A DNA stretch of 64,000 nucleotides from an uncultured Gemmatimonadaceae bacterium (GTDB taxonomy: Bacteria > Gemmatimonadota > Gemmatimonadetes > Gemmatimonadales > Gemmatimonadaceae): positions 96,001 through 160,000 of the forward strand of contig CAVVTZ010000011.1 of assembly GCA_963751275.1 (NCBI GenBank), given 5' to 3'. This document shows, piece after piece, positions 22,113 to 32,146 of the stretch. Below the pieces are notes generated by a model, which saw only the letters and a program-made list of their open reading frames with translations, searched no databases and was not told where the DNA came from. Positions within the stretch are counted from its first letter, which is position 1, and every line of letters starts with the position of its first letter. The position numbers and the translations under genes were made by a program.

Positions 22113-23374
22113 TCCCCGGCTTCGCCCGCACCGACGGCGCGCTCGCCTGCGAGGGCGTGCCGCTCGACGCGATCGCGGCGGCCGCGGGCACGCCGGCGTA
22201 CGTCTACAGCGCCGGCGCGATGCGCGACGCGTACGAGCGGCTCCGCCGCGCGCTCGCGCCCGTGCCGCATCGCGTGCACTACAGCGTGAAGGCGAACTCG
22301 AACGGTGCGGTGCTGCGCCTCCTGCGCGAACTCGGCGCCGGCGTGGACATCGTCTCGGGCGGCGAGCTCTTCCGCGCGAAGCGCGCTGGGTTCGGTGGCA
22401 CCGACATCGTGTTCTCCGGCGTGGGGAAGACCGAGGCCGAGTTGCGCGAGGCGCTCGCGGCCGGCGTGCTGATGGTGAACGTCGAGTCCGAGAGCGAGCT
22501 GCGGCTGCTCAGCCGCGTCGCCGGCGAACTGAAGGTGACGGCGCCGATCGCGCTGCGCGTGAATCCCGAGGTGGAGGTGGACACGCACAGCTACATCACC
22601 ACCGGCGAGCGCGGCAACAAGTTCGGCATCCCCTTCGAGCGCGCGCTCGCGGTGGCCCTGCTCGCGCTGTCGCTGCCGAACATCAGGCTGCTCGGCCTCG
22701 ACATGCACATCGGCTCGCAACTCTCCGATCTCGAGCCGTACCGCGAGGGACTGCAGCGGCTGCTCGAGCTGCACGCCGCGCTCAAGGCGGCCGGCGCACG
22801 CGACGTGAAGTACTGCGACATCGGCGGCGGCCTCGCGGTCACGTACGACGCCGAGATGCCAATGGACGTGCAGGCGTTCGCGACCGCGGTGCTGCCGTTG
22901 GTCGCCGCTTCGGGGCTGACATTGCTCGTGGAACCCGGCCGGTTCCTGGTGGGCAACTCTGGCGTGCTGCTGTCGCGCGTGCTGGTGAAGAAGCACAGCG
23001 GCGGCCACGAGTACGTGATCATCGATGCGGGCATGAACGACCTGCTGCGCCCGTCGCACTACAACGCGTTCCATCACGTGGAAGCGGTGCGTCCGCGTCC
23101 GGGCCGCGCGACGGTGGATGTCGTCGGCCCCGTGTGCGAGAGCGGCGACTTCGTGGCGCTCGAGCGCGACATGGAGATGGTGGAGGAAGGCGATCTCGTC
23201 GCCATCCGCTCGGCGGGCGCGTATGGCTTCGTGATGTCGTCGAATTACAATTCGCGGCCGCGCGCCGCGGAAGTGCTGGTGGACGGGGACCGGTTCGCGA
23301 TCGTGACCGCACGGGAACGCTATGAGGATCTCATTCGCCTCGAGCCCGCCGTGCCCGACTGGAGGACGTCCTGA
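22094..23374 (+). CDS. lysA: Diaminopimelate decarboxylase
   Basis: YSVKAN (PLP Lys), SGGE, KFG, HIGSQ, EPGR, GPVCESGD, GAYG, SNYNSRPR. Confidence 0.96.
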
Positions 23375-23882
23375 TGCGCGTAGGTGTGATCGCGGACACG
23401 CACGACCGGGTGCCGGCCATCGCCGAGTTCGCCAAGCGATTCAGGGCGGCTGGCGCCAATATGGTATTGCACGCGGGCGACTACTGCGCGCCCTGGGCGC
23501 TCAAGCCGATCATCGAGCCGGGCTCACGCTCGCCGGCGTCTTCGGCCGCAACGATGGCGATCTCGAGGGGCTGCGCATGGAGGCCGCGCGCGGCATGGGG
23601 ATCGAGCTCTTCGAGTCACCGCACAGCGTGGAGGTGGCGGGCGTGCGCATCCTGCTCGTGCACGACATCGGCGAGGTGAGCGAGCGCTCGATCGCGGAGC
23701 ACGGGATCGTGGTGCACGGATTCACGCACCAGCATCAGATGCGCAGTGAGGGCGATTCGCTCGTGATCAATCCGGGCGAGGCATGCGGCTGGGTGTTCGG
23801 CACGCCGAGCGCGGCGATCCTCGATCTCGATTCGCGGCGCGTGGAGTTCATTACGCTGCCGCCGGCGGAGTGGCCGCGTTGA
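23374..23882 (+). CDS. YfcE-family metallophosphoesterase; frameshift near 23520
   Basis: ADTHD, HAGD, VHGFTH, INPGE motifs. Confidence 0.88.
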
Positions 23883-25424
23883 CCAGCCGCATCCTGATCC
23901 TCGATTTCGGGTCGCAGTTCACGCAGCTCATTGCGCGTCGTGTGCGTGAGGCGCGCGTCTACTCGGAGATCCACCCGCCCACGCGCAGCGCGCAGTGGAT
24001 CCGCGATTGGAACCCCACCGGCATCATCTTCAGCGGCGGTCCGGCGTCGGTATACGATGACAATGTGCCGAGTGCCGACCGCGCGGTGCTCGACATCGCG
24101 CCCGTGCTCGGCATCTGCTATGGCATGCAGCTCGTTGCGCATCTGGAAGGGGGCGCGGTGATCGGGGCGGGGCGGCGGGAATACGGTCGCGCGGAGATCA
24201 CCGTGCTCGAGAGCGACGGCATCTTCGCCGGCTTCGAGAGCGGCGAGAAGATCACGGCGTGGGCGAGCCACGGCGATCACGTGGACGCGGCGCCCACGGG
24301 GTACCGTGTCACCGCTTCCAGCGCGACCGTCGCGATCGCGGGGATGCGGCACGACACCAAGCCCATCCATTGCGTGCAATTCCACCCCGAAGTGGCGCAC
24401 ACGCCGCGTGGGCGCGAGATCATCTCCGAACTTCCTGTTCAACATTTGCAAGGCGGAGCCGAGTTGGACGCCGGGGAAATTCATCGAAGACGAGATCGCG
24501 AAGATCCGCGCAATGGTCGGGAAGAGCCGCGTGATCTGCGGACTGTCCGGCGGTGTGGACTCAGCGGTGGCCGCCGCGCTCGTCCATCGCGCGATCGGCG
24601 ATCAGCTCACGTGCATCTTCGTGGACCACGGACTGCTGCGGATGCACGAGCGCGAACAGGTGGAGCGGACATTCCGGGCGCACCTCGGCATTGATCTGCG
24701 CACGGTTGACGCATCAGAACTGTTCCTCAAGGCCCTTGCCGGCATTGAGGATCCCGAGGAGAAACGCCGGCGCATCGGGCACACCTTCATCGATGTGTTC
24801 GAGGAAGCCGCGCTCGGCGTCGGCAAGGATGTCGATTTCCTGGTGCAGGGGACGCTGTACCCCGACGTGATCGAGAGCGCATCGCCTAAGGGCGGGCCGA
24901 GCGTGACCATCAAGACGCATCACAATGTGGGCGGGCTCAAGCCGGGGATGAAGTTCAAGCTCATCGAGCCGCTGCGGGAGTTGTTCAAGGATGAAGTGCG
25001 GAACGTGGGTCGCGAGTTGGGGCTTCCGGAGGAGATGGTGGGTCGTCACCCGTTCCCGGGGCCGGGGCTCGCGATCCGCATCCTTTCCGACGTTACGCGC
25101 GAGAAGCTCGACACACTGCGCAAGGCCGACGCGGTCTATCTCGAAGGGATACGCGAGGCGGGACTATACGACGAGATCTGGCAGGCGTTCGCGGTCTTGC
25201 TTCCGGTGAAGAGCGTCGGAGTGATGGGCGACTTCCGCACGTACGAAAATGTGTGCGCGCTGCGGGCCGTGACGAGCCAGGATGGGATGACGGCCGACTG
25301 GTACCCGTTCCCGCACGAGGTGCTGGGGGCGATCGCGAACCGGATCATGAATGAAGTGAAAGGCGTGAATCGCGTGGTGTACGATGTCAGTTCGAAGCCG
25401 CCGGCCACGATCGAGTGGGAATGA
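23879..25424 (+). CDS. guaA: GMP synthase (glutamine-hydrolysing); frameshift near 24425
   Basis: [49 protein letters not shown]. Confidence 0.97.
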
Positions 25425-25513
25425 CTCCCTACTGACGGCGACTGAAACGCCGCTGCGGGCCTGCGCGGCGGGCGCGTAAGCCGATCCCCTCAAGTCACAG
25501 GATGCGAGGCGAC

Positions 25514-26044
25514 TCAGAGCCGGAGACTCACTCCCACCCCGACGCGCCCGCCGGGAAGCAGAGCGGCGTGCGCTTGAGCTTGCAGTGCCACGGTCTTCCA
25601 TGGGCTAGTGCGAATGAGCGCACCGATGCCCGCCCCGAGCAGTCCACCCACCAGTCCCACTATTCCGGCCGCCGCAGCGCGAGGCGGGCACCCCAGCTCC
25701 CCCTCGTTGCATCCGGCCGCCGCGCCGACCACAGCGCCGACGCCCAACCCCACCAACCCTCCGGTCAGCGCATGGCCGTGCGATTTCCGGTTCCCGTGAT
25801 TCACCTCGAAATGGGTGATGACTCCAATCGGCAACACCAATAGCACCGTGTCCTTCCCGGTGCCGCGCACGGTCAGGGAATCCCCTCGCCGCTGCACGAA
25901 CACTCCTGGCCAGTGTTCGAGCTGGATCGACGGCGCGGTGACCTTCACGGCATCACCCTTGGCGAGCTTCGCCGAATCCTGCGCCGCCAACGTGAGTGCC
26001 GCGCACACCAACGACATCGCCAACACCCCGTCAACAGGTCGCAT
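25514..26044 (-). CDS. Hypothetical exported protein with glycine-zipper helices and a C-terminal amphipathic beta strand
   Basis: Signal-like N-terminus, GGLVGLGVGAVVG and GLVGGLLGAGIG, ends GVGVSLRL. Confidence 0.7.
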   Translation of the reverse strand: MRPVDGVLAMSLVCAALTLAAQDSAKLAKGDAVKVTAPSIQLEHWPGVFVQRRGDSLTVRGTGKDTVLLVLPIGVITHFEVNHGNRKSHGHALTGGLVGLGVGAVVGAAAGCNEGELGCPPRAAAAGIVGLVGGLLGAGIGALIRTSPWKTVALQAQAHAALLPGGRVGVGVSLRL

Positions 26045-26228
26045 GGATGCCTTCCCGTTCGCGTGAAGTGCACACTGAGGGTTAGGACCGGGCGCATCAA
26101 TCGGGGTTGCGACCCCGCTCGGTCGGGGAATCCCTGACCTCGTGCTGTTCACGCGGTCCGTCATGCGCGCGCTTGCGCGATCAGCGGGAGTTCTGAATGG
26201 TTAGCCCAGCATCAACCCCGGGAGCAGC

Positions 26229-26891
26229 ATGACACACCGTGCCCTTGCCGCCGCAGGAGCGGCGGTCCTGATCATTGCATTGTCGGCGAACGGGCAGGCG
26301 ACGGTCGCGGCACCGGCGCGGCGGGCGAACGGCGCGACCGCGAATCAAACCTTGGTCAACGCGCAGGCGATGGCGGTCAAACCGGTGCCGGCGAACTTGG
26401 CGGCGATCCATGCGAAGATCTCGCCGCGGCTCAGCCCGGCGGCGCGAACGTGGGCGCAGTCCGAGGGGCGGGTGATCGCCGGACGCAGTCTGAGCGCGCA
26501 CGACATGACCACGCTAGCGCAGCAGAACGCCGCGAATCGCTTCGCCGGTCAGGGGCTCACGAGCGTGGATATCGAGGCGCTCGCCTTCTGCGCCTTGATG
26601 GAGGCCTCCGCCGATGCGCAGGACGACCTCAAAGCGATCATGGCCGGAGTCAAGGCCATCAACAACGCCAAGGCGCAGCAGCGCGCCCTACTGAGCGCGG
26701 CGCAGCACTTGCACGAGCCGCAGGCCGATTCCCTTCCGCACGAGAAGCATCAGAGCAGCGACCTGACCCAGGAGCAGCAGGTGCAAATGCAGGCGGTGAT
26801 GGACCGGATGACGCAGGCCGACGAGGCGATGAGCAGCATCGCGAAGCAGGTCTCAGGCACTCAAAGTCAGATCATTCCGAACCTGAAGTAA
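26229..26891 (+). CDS. Hypothetical secreted alpha-helical protein
   Basis: SD ggag; signal peptide; Ala/Gln/Met-rich helical sequence ending TQSQIIPNLK. Confidence 0.75.
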   Translation: MTHRALAAAGAAVLIIALSANGQATVAAPARRANGATANQTLVNAQAMAVKPVPANLAAIHAKISPRLSPAARTWAQSEGRVIAGRSLSAHDMTTLAQQNAANRFAGQGLTSVDIEALAFCALMEASADAQDDLKAIMAGVKAINNAKAQQRALLSAAQHLHEPQADSLPHEKHQSSDLTQEQQVQMQAVMDRMTQADEAMSSIAKQVSGTQSQIIPNLK

Positions 26892-27097
26892 CGGCGGCCG
26901 GCGAGGCGGGGCGCTTGGATTTCGATTGAATTCAGCGGCGCGCGTTTGCAGTGGGGGCGCGAAATCAACCTGAATGGGCGGCCGGGGGGCGCGGTCCTCA
27001 GCTCGCAAGGGGCCGTGCATTCTACTGACGCCAAGTTGATGGACCTACCGACCAATCGGCCGGCGCTGTTCTCGACGCGTCCGACCAACGACTTCCG

Positions 27098-27175
27098 CTA
27101 GACGCCCTTCTCCTCAAGCTGCGCGATGAACTGCTTTGGTTCCGTGAGCCCGAGCAGCCTCTGCGGCACGTCCAC
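27098..27175 (-). pseudogene. Detached, diverged duplicate of the last ~24 codons of the EIIA (ptsN-like) gene
   Basis: Encodes DVPQRLLGLTEPKQFIAQLEEKGV*, matching the 3' end at 27691-27770. Confidence 0.88.
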
Positions 27176-27176
27176 G

Positions 27177-27617
27177 TCATCGCTGGAGTTCGAGTGTATA
27201 GGTCTGAACAAGTTGGCCGGCGGTGAAGGCGATGGGTATGGAGCAATCGACTGTGGTGGTACAAGAGCCGTAGAAGTCGTAGTAATCCGGCCCGTCCCAC
27301 GGGTCGGCCGCAACAGTTTCTACCAAGGCCCCGGATACGGCTCCCCCCGCCGCGTTGATCTGCCCCGCAACCGCATACGTTATGCCCGGCTGCACCCGTA
27401 CGGGACCGGTCATGAAGGTCCCCGTCGAGTTGTCCGCGACCGTGAATGGACCGAAATCGATCGACGTTTTGTCGAAATAAGCGTGACTCCATCGACCCGA
27501 ATACGGGTTTACGGGAGCAGTGGGAGCTGATGGATTGGAGCAGCCCGACGCCAAACAGGCGGCACACGCCAGCGTCAGAGGGACGGTATGAAGGACGTTG
27601 CGGCGCGGCTTGGACAT
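27177..27617 (-). CDS. Hypothetical lipoprotein
   Basis: SD aaggagg; lipobox-like LASGC; less GC-biased codon usage than flanking core genes. Confidence 0.75.
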   Translation of the reverse strand: MSKPRRNVLHTVPLTLACAACLASGCSNPSAPTAPVNPYSGRWSHAYFDKTSIDFGPFTVADNSTGTFMTGPVRVQPGITYAVAGQINAAGGAVSGALVETVAADPWDGPDYYDFYGSCTTTVDCSIPIAFTAGQLVQTYTLELQR

Positions 27618-27690
27618 GTTGCCTCCTTGAACCGATCGATTGGTACGGAAGCTTCGACCTTTGCGCGATCAGCAGGGCGCCATGCCGCAG

Positions 27691-28146
27691 CTATACGCCC
27701 TTCTCCTCCAGCAGCGCGATGAACTGCTTCGGCTCGGTCAGTCCGCAGGAGCCGCGTGCGGCACATCCGCCTCCTTCGAGAACTGCGCGATCTTGCCGAG
27801 CACCGGCAGATACTGATTGGAGACTTCGAGCGGCGGCGCCACGATGAGGAAGAAGAACTGCACCGGCTTCTCGTCGATCGCCTTGAAATCCACGCCCGCC
27901 GCCTTCCGCCCGAACGCCACCCGCAGCTTGTTCACCACCAGCGAGCGGCAGTGGGGGATGGCGATCCCGCGCCCAATGCCCGTCGAGCCGAGGTTCTCGC
28001 GCCGCTTCAGCATCTTGAACAGCATGCCGTCCGATCTTCTCGTCGAGCTTGAGCAGCCCGATCAGCTCCTTGAGGATCTCGTCCTTCGTGGTGCCCTCGA
28101 GATCGAGCTTGATCGCATCATCAGCGAAGAATTGGCGCAGTTCCAT
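27691..28146 (-). CDS. ptsN: PTS EIIA component (Ntr/Fru type); apparent indels near 28035 and 27750-27765
   Basis: RRENLGSTGIGRGIAIPHCR phospho-His motif; GVDFKAIDEKPV. Confidence 0.85.
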   Translation of the reverse strand: MELRQFFADDAIKLDLEGTTKDEILKELIGLLKLDEKIGRHAVQDAEAAREPRLDGHWARDRHPPLPLAGGEQAAGGVRAEGGGRGFQGDRREAGAVLLPHRGAAARSLQSVSAGARQDRAVLEGGGCAARGSCGLTEPKQFIALLEEKGV

Positions 28147-28282
28147 ACGTCGGGTGGCCTCGGGGATCGGCAGCGGAGGCGCGCCAACTCTGGCGCGCTC
28201 GGACGGAGAAAGCTACGCCCCACCCCCGCCGGAGTCAAAGTACCGCGTTGCACCGACTTGCCTGCGTCGTTAGCCTTCACAG

Positions 28283-29293
28283 ATGCCCCGCTTCCCCTTT
28301 CCCACGGCCCACGAGGTCCCCCTCTACCTCGCGCCCATGGCCGGCGTCTCCGAGTCGCCCTTCCGGCGCCTCTGCCGCCGCTGGGGCGCGGACGTGGTCG
28401 TCACGGAATTCCTGTCGGCGGAAGGGATCCGGCGCGAGAACGAAGCCACGATCTCCAAGCTCCGCTTCGGCGACGATGAACGCCCCATCGGGGTGCAGAT
28501 CTTCGGCGCCGACCCGCACGCCATGGGCGAGGCCGCGGCTTTCGTCACGGATGTCTTCGCTCCCGAATTCATCGACATCAACTTCGGCTGCCCGGTCAAG
28601 AAGGTCGTCAAGCGCAACGGCGGCTCGGGCTGCCTCAAGGACATGGGGCTCGTGACCGATGTCATCAAGGCCGTGCGTGCGGGCACGACCCTCCCCGTCA
28701 CGGTGAAGATCCGCAGCGGCTGGAGCGAGGAGATGCGCAACCCGGTCGAGATCGCGCTCCGCTGCCAGGACGCGGGCGCCACCGTGCTGGCGCTGCATCC
28801 GCGCACGCGCGCGCAGATGTACACGGGCAACGCGCGCTGGGACGAGATCGCCGCCGTCGTGCAGGCGCTCGACATCCCGGTGCTCGGCAATGGCGACATC
28901 CACACGGCGCACGATGCCTTCCGCATGCACTCGGAAACGGGCTGCGCCGGCGTCATGATCGCGCGCGGATCCTTCGGCCAGCCGTGGATCTTCGCGCAGG
29001 CCCGCGCGCTGCTCAACGGCACGCCGATGCCCGATGCGCCGCCGGTCGCCGAGCGCTTCGCGGTCGCCATCCAGCACGCGCGCATGGCCGACGAGTACGA
29101 GCACGACCCGCGCGGCGCCGCCATCGAGTTCCGAAAGCACCTCGGCTGGTACGTGAAGGGACTTCCCGGTTCCGCCGATCTGCGCAAGCGGCTGCACGCG
29201 GTCACGTCGCTCGCCGAGGTGGAGGGGATCTTCGCCGACTACCTTCGCGCGTCCGAGCGCGACGGGCGCCTCGCGGAGCCGGCCGTCGCGTGA
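28283..29293 (+). CDS. dusB: tRNA-dihydrouridine synthase B
   Basis: LAPMAG, DINFGCP, VTVKIRSGW, HPRTR, GNGDI, MIARG. Confidence 0.95.
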   Translation: MPRFPFPTAHEVPLYLAPMAGVSESPFRRLCRRWGADVVVTEFLSAEGIRRENEATISKLRFGDDERPIGVQIFGADPHAMGEAAAFVTDVFAPEFIDINFGCPVKKVVKRNGGSGCLKDMGLVTDVIKAVRAGTTLPVTVKIRSGWSEEMRNPVEIALRCQDAGATVLALHPRTRAQMYTGNARWDEIAAVVQALDIPVLGNGDIHTAHDAFRMHSETGCAGVMIARGSFGQPWIFAQARALLNGTPMPDAPPVAERFAVAIQHARMADEYEHDPRGAAIEFRKHLGWYVKGLPGSADLRKRLHAVTSLAEVEGIFADYLRASERDGRLAEPAVA

Positions 29294-30041
29294 TGCGCGA
29301 GCGGGTGCTCGCGCTGCTGCGCCAGGTGGCCGGCGGGGAGGTGCCCGCCGAGGAGGCACTGCGCGCGCTCTCGCGCCCCGATCTCGAAGCGCTCCCCTTC
29401 GCGACGATCGACCACCATCGCGCGCTCCGGAACGGCTATCCCGAGGTGATCTTCGCCGAGGGAAAGACCGCCGAGCAGGTGGTGGAGATCGCCGCGCGCA
29501 TCGCGGCGCACGGCGAGGGATTCCTTGCGACGCGCGTACCCGACGTGATGCGCCCCGCCATTGCCGCGCGATTCCCCAACGCGCAGTTGAACGACGTCGC
29601 GCGCACCGCGTTCCTCGCGCCGGACACGCCGCCGCCCGCGGGGCGGGGCACGGTGCTCGATCATCACGGCCGGCACGAGCGACATTCCGGTCGCGGAGGA
29701 GGCGGCGGTCACCGCCTGCGCGCTCGGCAACCGTGTTGAACGCCTGACCGATGTCGGCGTCGCCGGCATCCACCGCGTGCTGGCGCAGGGGGACGCTGCT
29801 CGCGCAGGCCTCGGTGGTGATCGTGGTGGCCGGCATGGAAGGGGCGCTCGCCTCGGTCGTGGGCGGCCTCGTGGCGGCGCCCGTGATCGCCGTTCCCACG
29901 AGCGTCGGCTATGGCGCGAGCTTCGGCGGGATCGCCGCGTTATTGGGCATGCTGAACAGTTGCGCCTCCGGAGTCACTGTCGTCAACATTGACAACGGAT
30001 TCGGCGCGGCCTGCGCCGCATCGCGCATCAATCACGCCTGA
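29293..30041 (+). CDS. larB: Nickel-pincer cofactor biosynthesis protein LarB (AIR carboxylase family); frameshifts near 29660 and 29790
   Basis: [64 protein letters not shown]. Confidence 0.9.
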
Positions 30042-30050
30042 CCCCCTCCC

Positions 30051-32051
30051 GTGGGAATCGACCCCACGCTCTTCGATCGCCCCGCTGCGCCGCGCATCTC
30101 GGTCGCCTTCCTCGTCACTGCGGCGATGGCGGTCGCGGCCGCGACCGCCGTCGGTTCCTACGTCGCCACCGCCGCCGCGCTGATCGCGGCGGTCTTCACG
30201 TGGCGGGTCGGCCCGCTCCTTGGCGGGATCGTCGTGGGGGCGCTCAGCGCCGGGATCATCATGGCGGATCCGCTGATCCCGCACCCGATGCCGCTGCATC
30301 TCCTGGTGTACATCGTCGCGCTGATGCTGGTCGCGATGGCCACCGGCATGGTCGCCCGGCGCGACTCCGCGCGCGCGGCCGCCGAACCCGAGCCCGAAAT
30401 GGATCGCGCGCAGCTGATGCGGTCGCGCGAGACTCCCGTGCGCACCCAGCGCGCCGTCACCGGCGAGCAGCGGACGTTCAAGAGCAATCCGGAGATGGCC
30501 AAGCTCAAGCTGCCGGTCGAGCCGCCGCCGCCCCCACCGCGCACCAACACCTCAATGCCGCGCATCGCGGCGATCTCGAGCGTGCCGAGCGGCGGCGAGA
30601 CGACCGACCCGGTGACGCAGGATGTCGAGCGCGACGTGGTGCGCCGCTTCCTGCGCGACATGCGCGACGCGCTCGCCGCGGATGAGGTCGCCCTCTGGCA
30701 GCATTTCGAGGACACCGACGAGGTGCGCCCCTACGCCGTGGCCGTGCAATCGCCGCTCTCGCTCAACCTCGCGACGAAGCCGCTGAACGAGACGCTCGTC
30801 CTCTCCGCCGCGCTCGGCCGCACCGCCACGAACTACGACAACGAGCTGAATTACTTCCTCGCGATCCCGGCCGGCGCTGAAGGCCGCTTCCACGGCGCGC
30901 TCGGCGTGTACGCCGAGGACCGGATGACCTTCCAGCGCGACCGCGCCAAGCAGCTGCTGCCGCTCTACGCCGACCAGCTGGCGCATCTCCTCCTGCTCCT
31001 GCACGACGGCAAGGAGACGCGGCGCTATCGCGGTAAGGCCGACCGCGTGCTGGACGCGATCGAGCGCATCCAGAAACCGCAGAAGATCGATGAGCTGGCG
31101 ATGGAGATCTGCCGCGCCGCCAAGGAAGTGTCCGGCGCGAGCCGCGTGGCGTACGTGCAGTGGGACCACAAGAAGAAGGAGGGAACGGTCCTCGCCGTGC
31201 TCCCGCCCCACAGCAAGGAATTCCCGTTCGCGAAGACCGCGTCGAAGGATTCGCTCACCGCCATGGCGTGCGAGCATCAGAAGGGGATCATGCTGCGCGA
31301 GGTGTTCGCGAGCGTCGCCATGCCGCTGCTGGTGCAGGGGGAACCCGAGCCGCGCCCGGGGTCGGCGGCGGTGGTGGCCGTCGCCAAGAACGAGGACGTC
31401 GTGGGCGCCGTCGTCGTGGAGGGGGAGCAGGAGGGGCAGATCACTACCGTCGAAGTCAGCATGCTCCAGCTGCTCTCCAAGTTCGCCTACGTGGCGGTGA
31501 ACAGCGTCAAGGAGCTCGAGCTGCGCACGGGGCAGGCCACCCGCGACGCGCTCACGGGGCTGGCCAACCGGCATGCCTTCGACGAGTACATGGGCAAGCT
31601 GCTCACGTCCCCCGACCGCATGGGGCAGAAGACGTCGCTCCTCCTGCTGGACGTGGACAAGTTCAAGGGCGTGAACGACAAATTCGGCCACGACGGCGGC
31701 GACGAGGTGCTGAAGGGGGTCGCCAAGGTGCTCATGAAGGGCGTGCGCGGCGCCGACGACTTGTGCGCCCGCATCGGCGGCGAGGAGATGGCGATCGTGC
31801 TCCCCGACACCGCGCGGAAGGGGGCGGTGGAGGTCGCCGAGCGTCTGCGCCTGGCGATCGAGAAGATGTCGGTCACGACGGCCGACGGCGTCACGATCCA
31901 GGTGACCGCGTCGTTCGGCGTGGCGAGCCACCCCGAGTCGGTGGTCGGTCAGGAGAAGCTGTTCAAGGCCGCGGACGAGGCGTTGTACCAGGCGAAGAAC
32001 GCGGGGCGCAATCGCGTCATTGCTGCCGATTCAAAGGGCAAGCCGGCATAG
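30051..32051 (+). CDS. Membrane-anchored GAF-like/GGDEF diguanylate cyclase
   Basis: N-terminal TMs, GAF-like middle, DALTGLANR, DVDKFKGVNDKFGHDGGD, RIGGEEM, KNAGRNR. Confidence 0.92.
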   Translation: MGIDPTLFDRPAAPRISVAFLVTAAMAVAAATAVGSYVATAAALIAAVFTWRVGPLLGGIVVGALSAGIIMADPLIPHPMPLHLLVYIVALMLVAMATGMVARRDSARAAAEPEPEMDRAQLMRSRETPVRTQRAVTGEQRTFKSNPEMAKLKLPVEPPPPPPRTNTSMPRIAAISSVPSGGETTDPVTQDVERDVVRRFLRDMRDALAADEVALWQHFEDTDEVRPYAVAVQSPLSLNLATKPLNETLVLSAALGRTATNYDNELNYFLAIPAGAEGRFHGALGVYAEDRMTFQRDRAKQLLPLYADQLAHLLLLLHDGKETRRYRGKADRVLDAIERIQKPQKIDELAMEICRAAKEVSGASRVAYVQWDHKKKEGTVLAVLPPHSKEFPFAKTASKDSLTAMACEHQKGIMLREVFASVAMPLLVQGEPEPRPGSAAVVAVAKNEDVVGAVVVEGEQEGQITTVEVSMLQLLSKFAYVAVNSVKELELRTGQATRDALTGLANRHAFDEYMGKLLTSPDRMGQKTSLLLLDVDKFKGVNDKFGHDGGDEVLKGVAKVLMKGVRGADDLCARIGGEEMAIVLPDTARKGAVEVAERLRLAIEKMSVTTADGVTIQVTASFGVASHPESVVGQEKLFKAADEALYQAKNAGRNRVIAADSKGKPA

Positions 32052-32094
32052 AGTTACGGCGTTCACTTAAAGTCGCGTACTAATTCGAATGGCG

Positions 32095-32123
32095 TTGACT
32101 TTGGCGCTCGGCGCGGCTATCCT
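32095..32123 (+). promoter_or_regulatory. Putative sigma70 promoter of ssrA
   Basis: TTGACT-17 nt-TATCCT, about 23 nt upstream of the mature tmRNA 5' end. Confidence 0.7.
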
Positions 32124-32146
32124 TCGTTCACTCACTTTTCCACAAT

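Noticed and set aside
27044..27057. 14-bp match cctaccgaccaatc shared with 1865-1878
   Set aside because: Short, with no flanking homology or common context; plausibly chance in 64 kb
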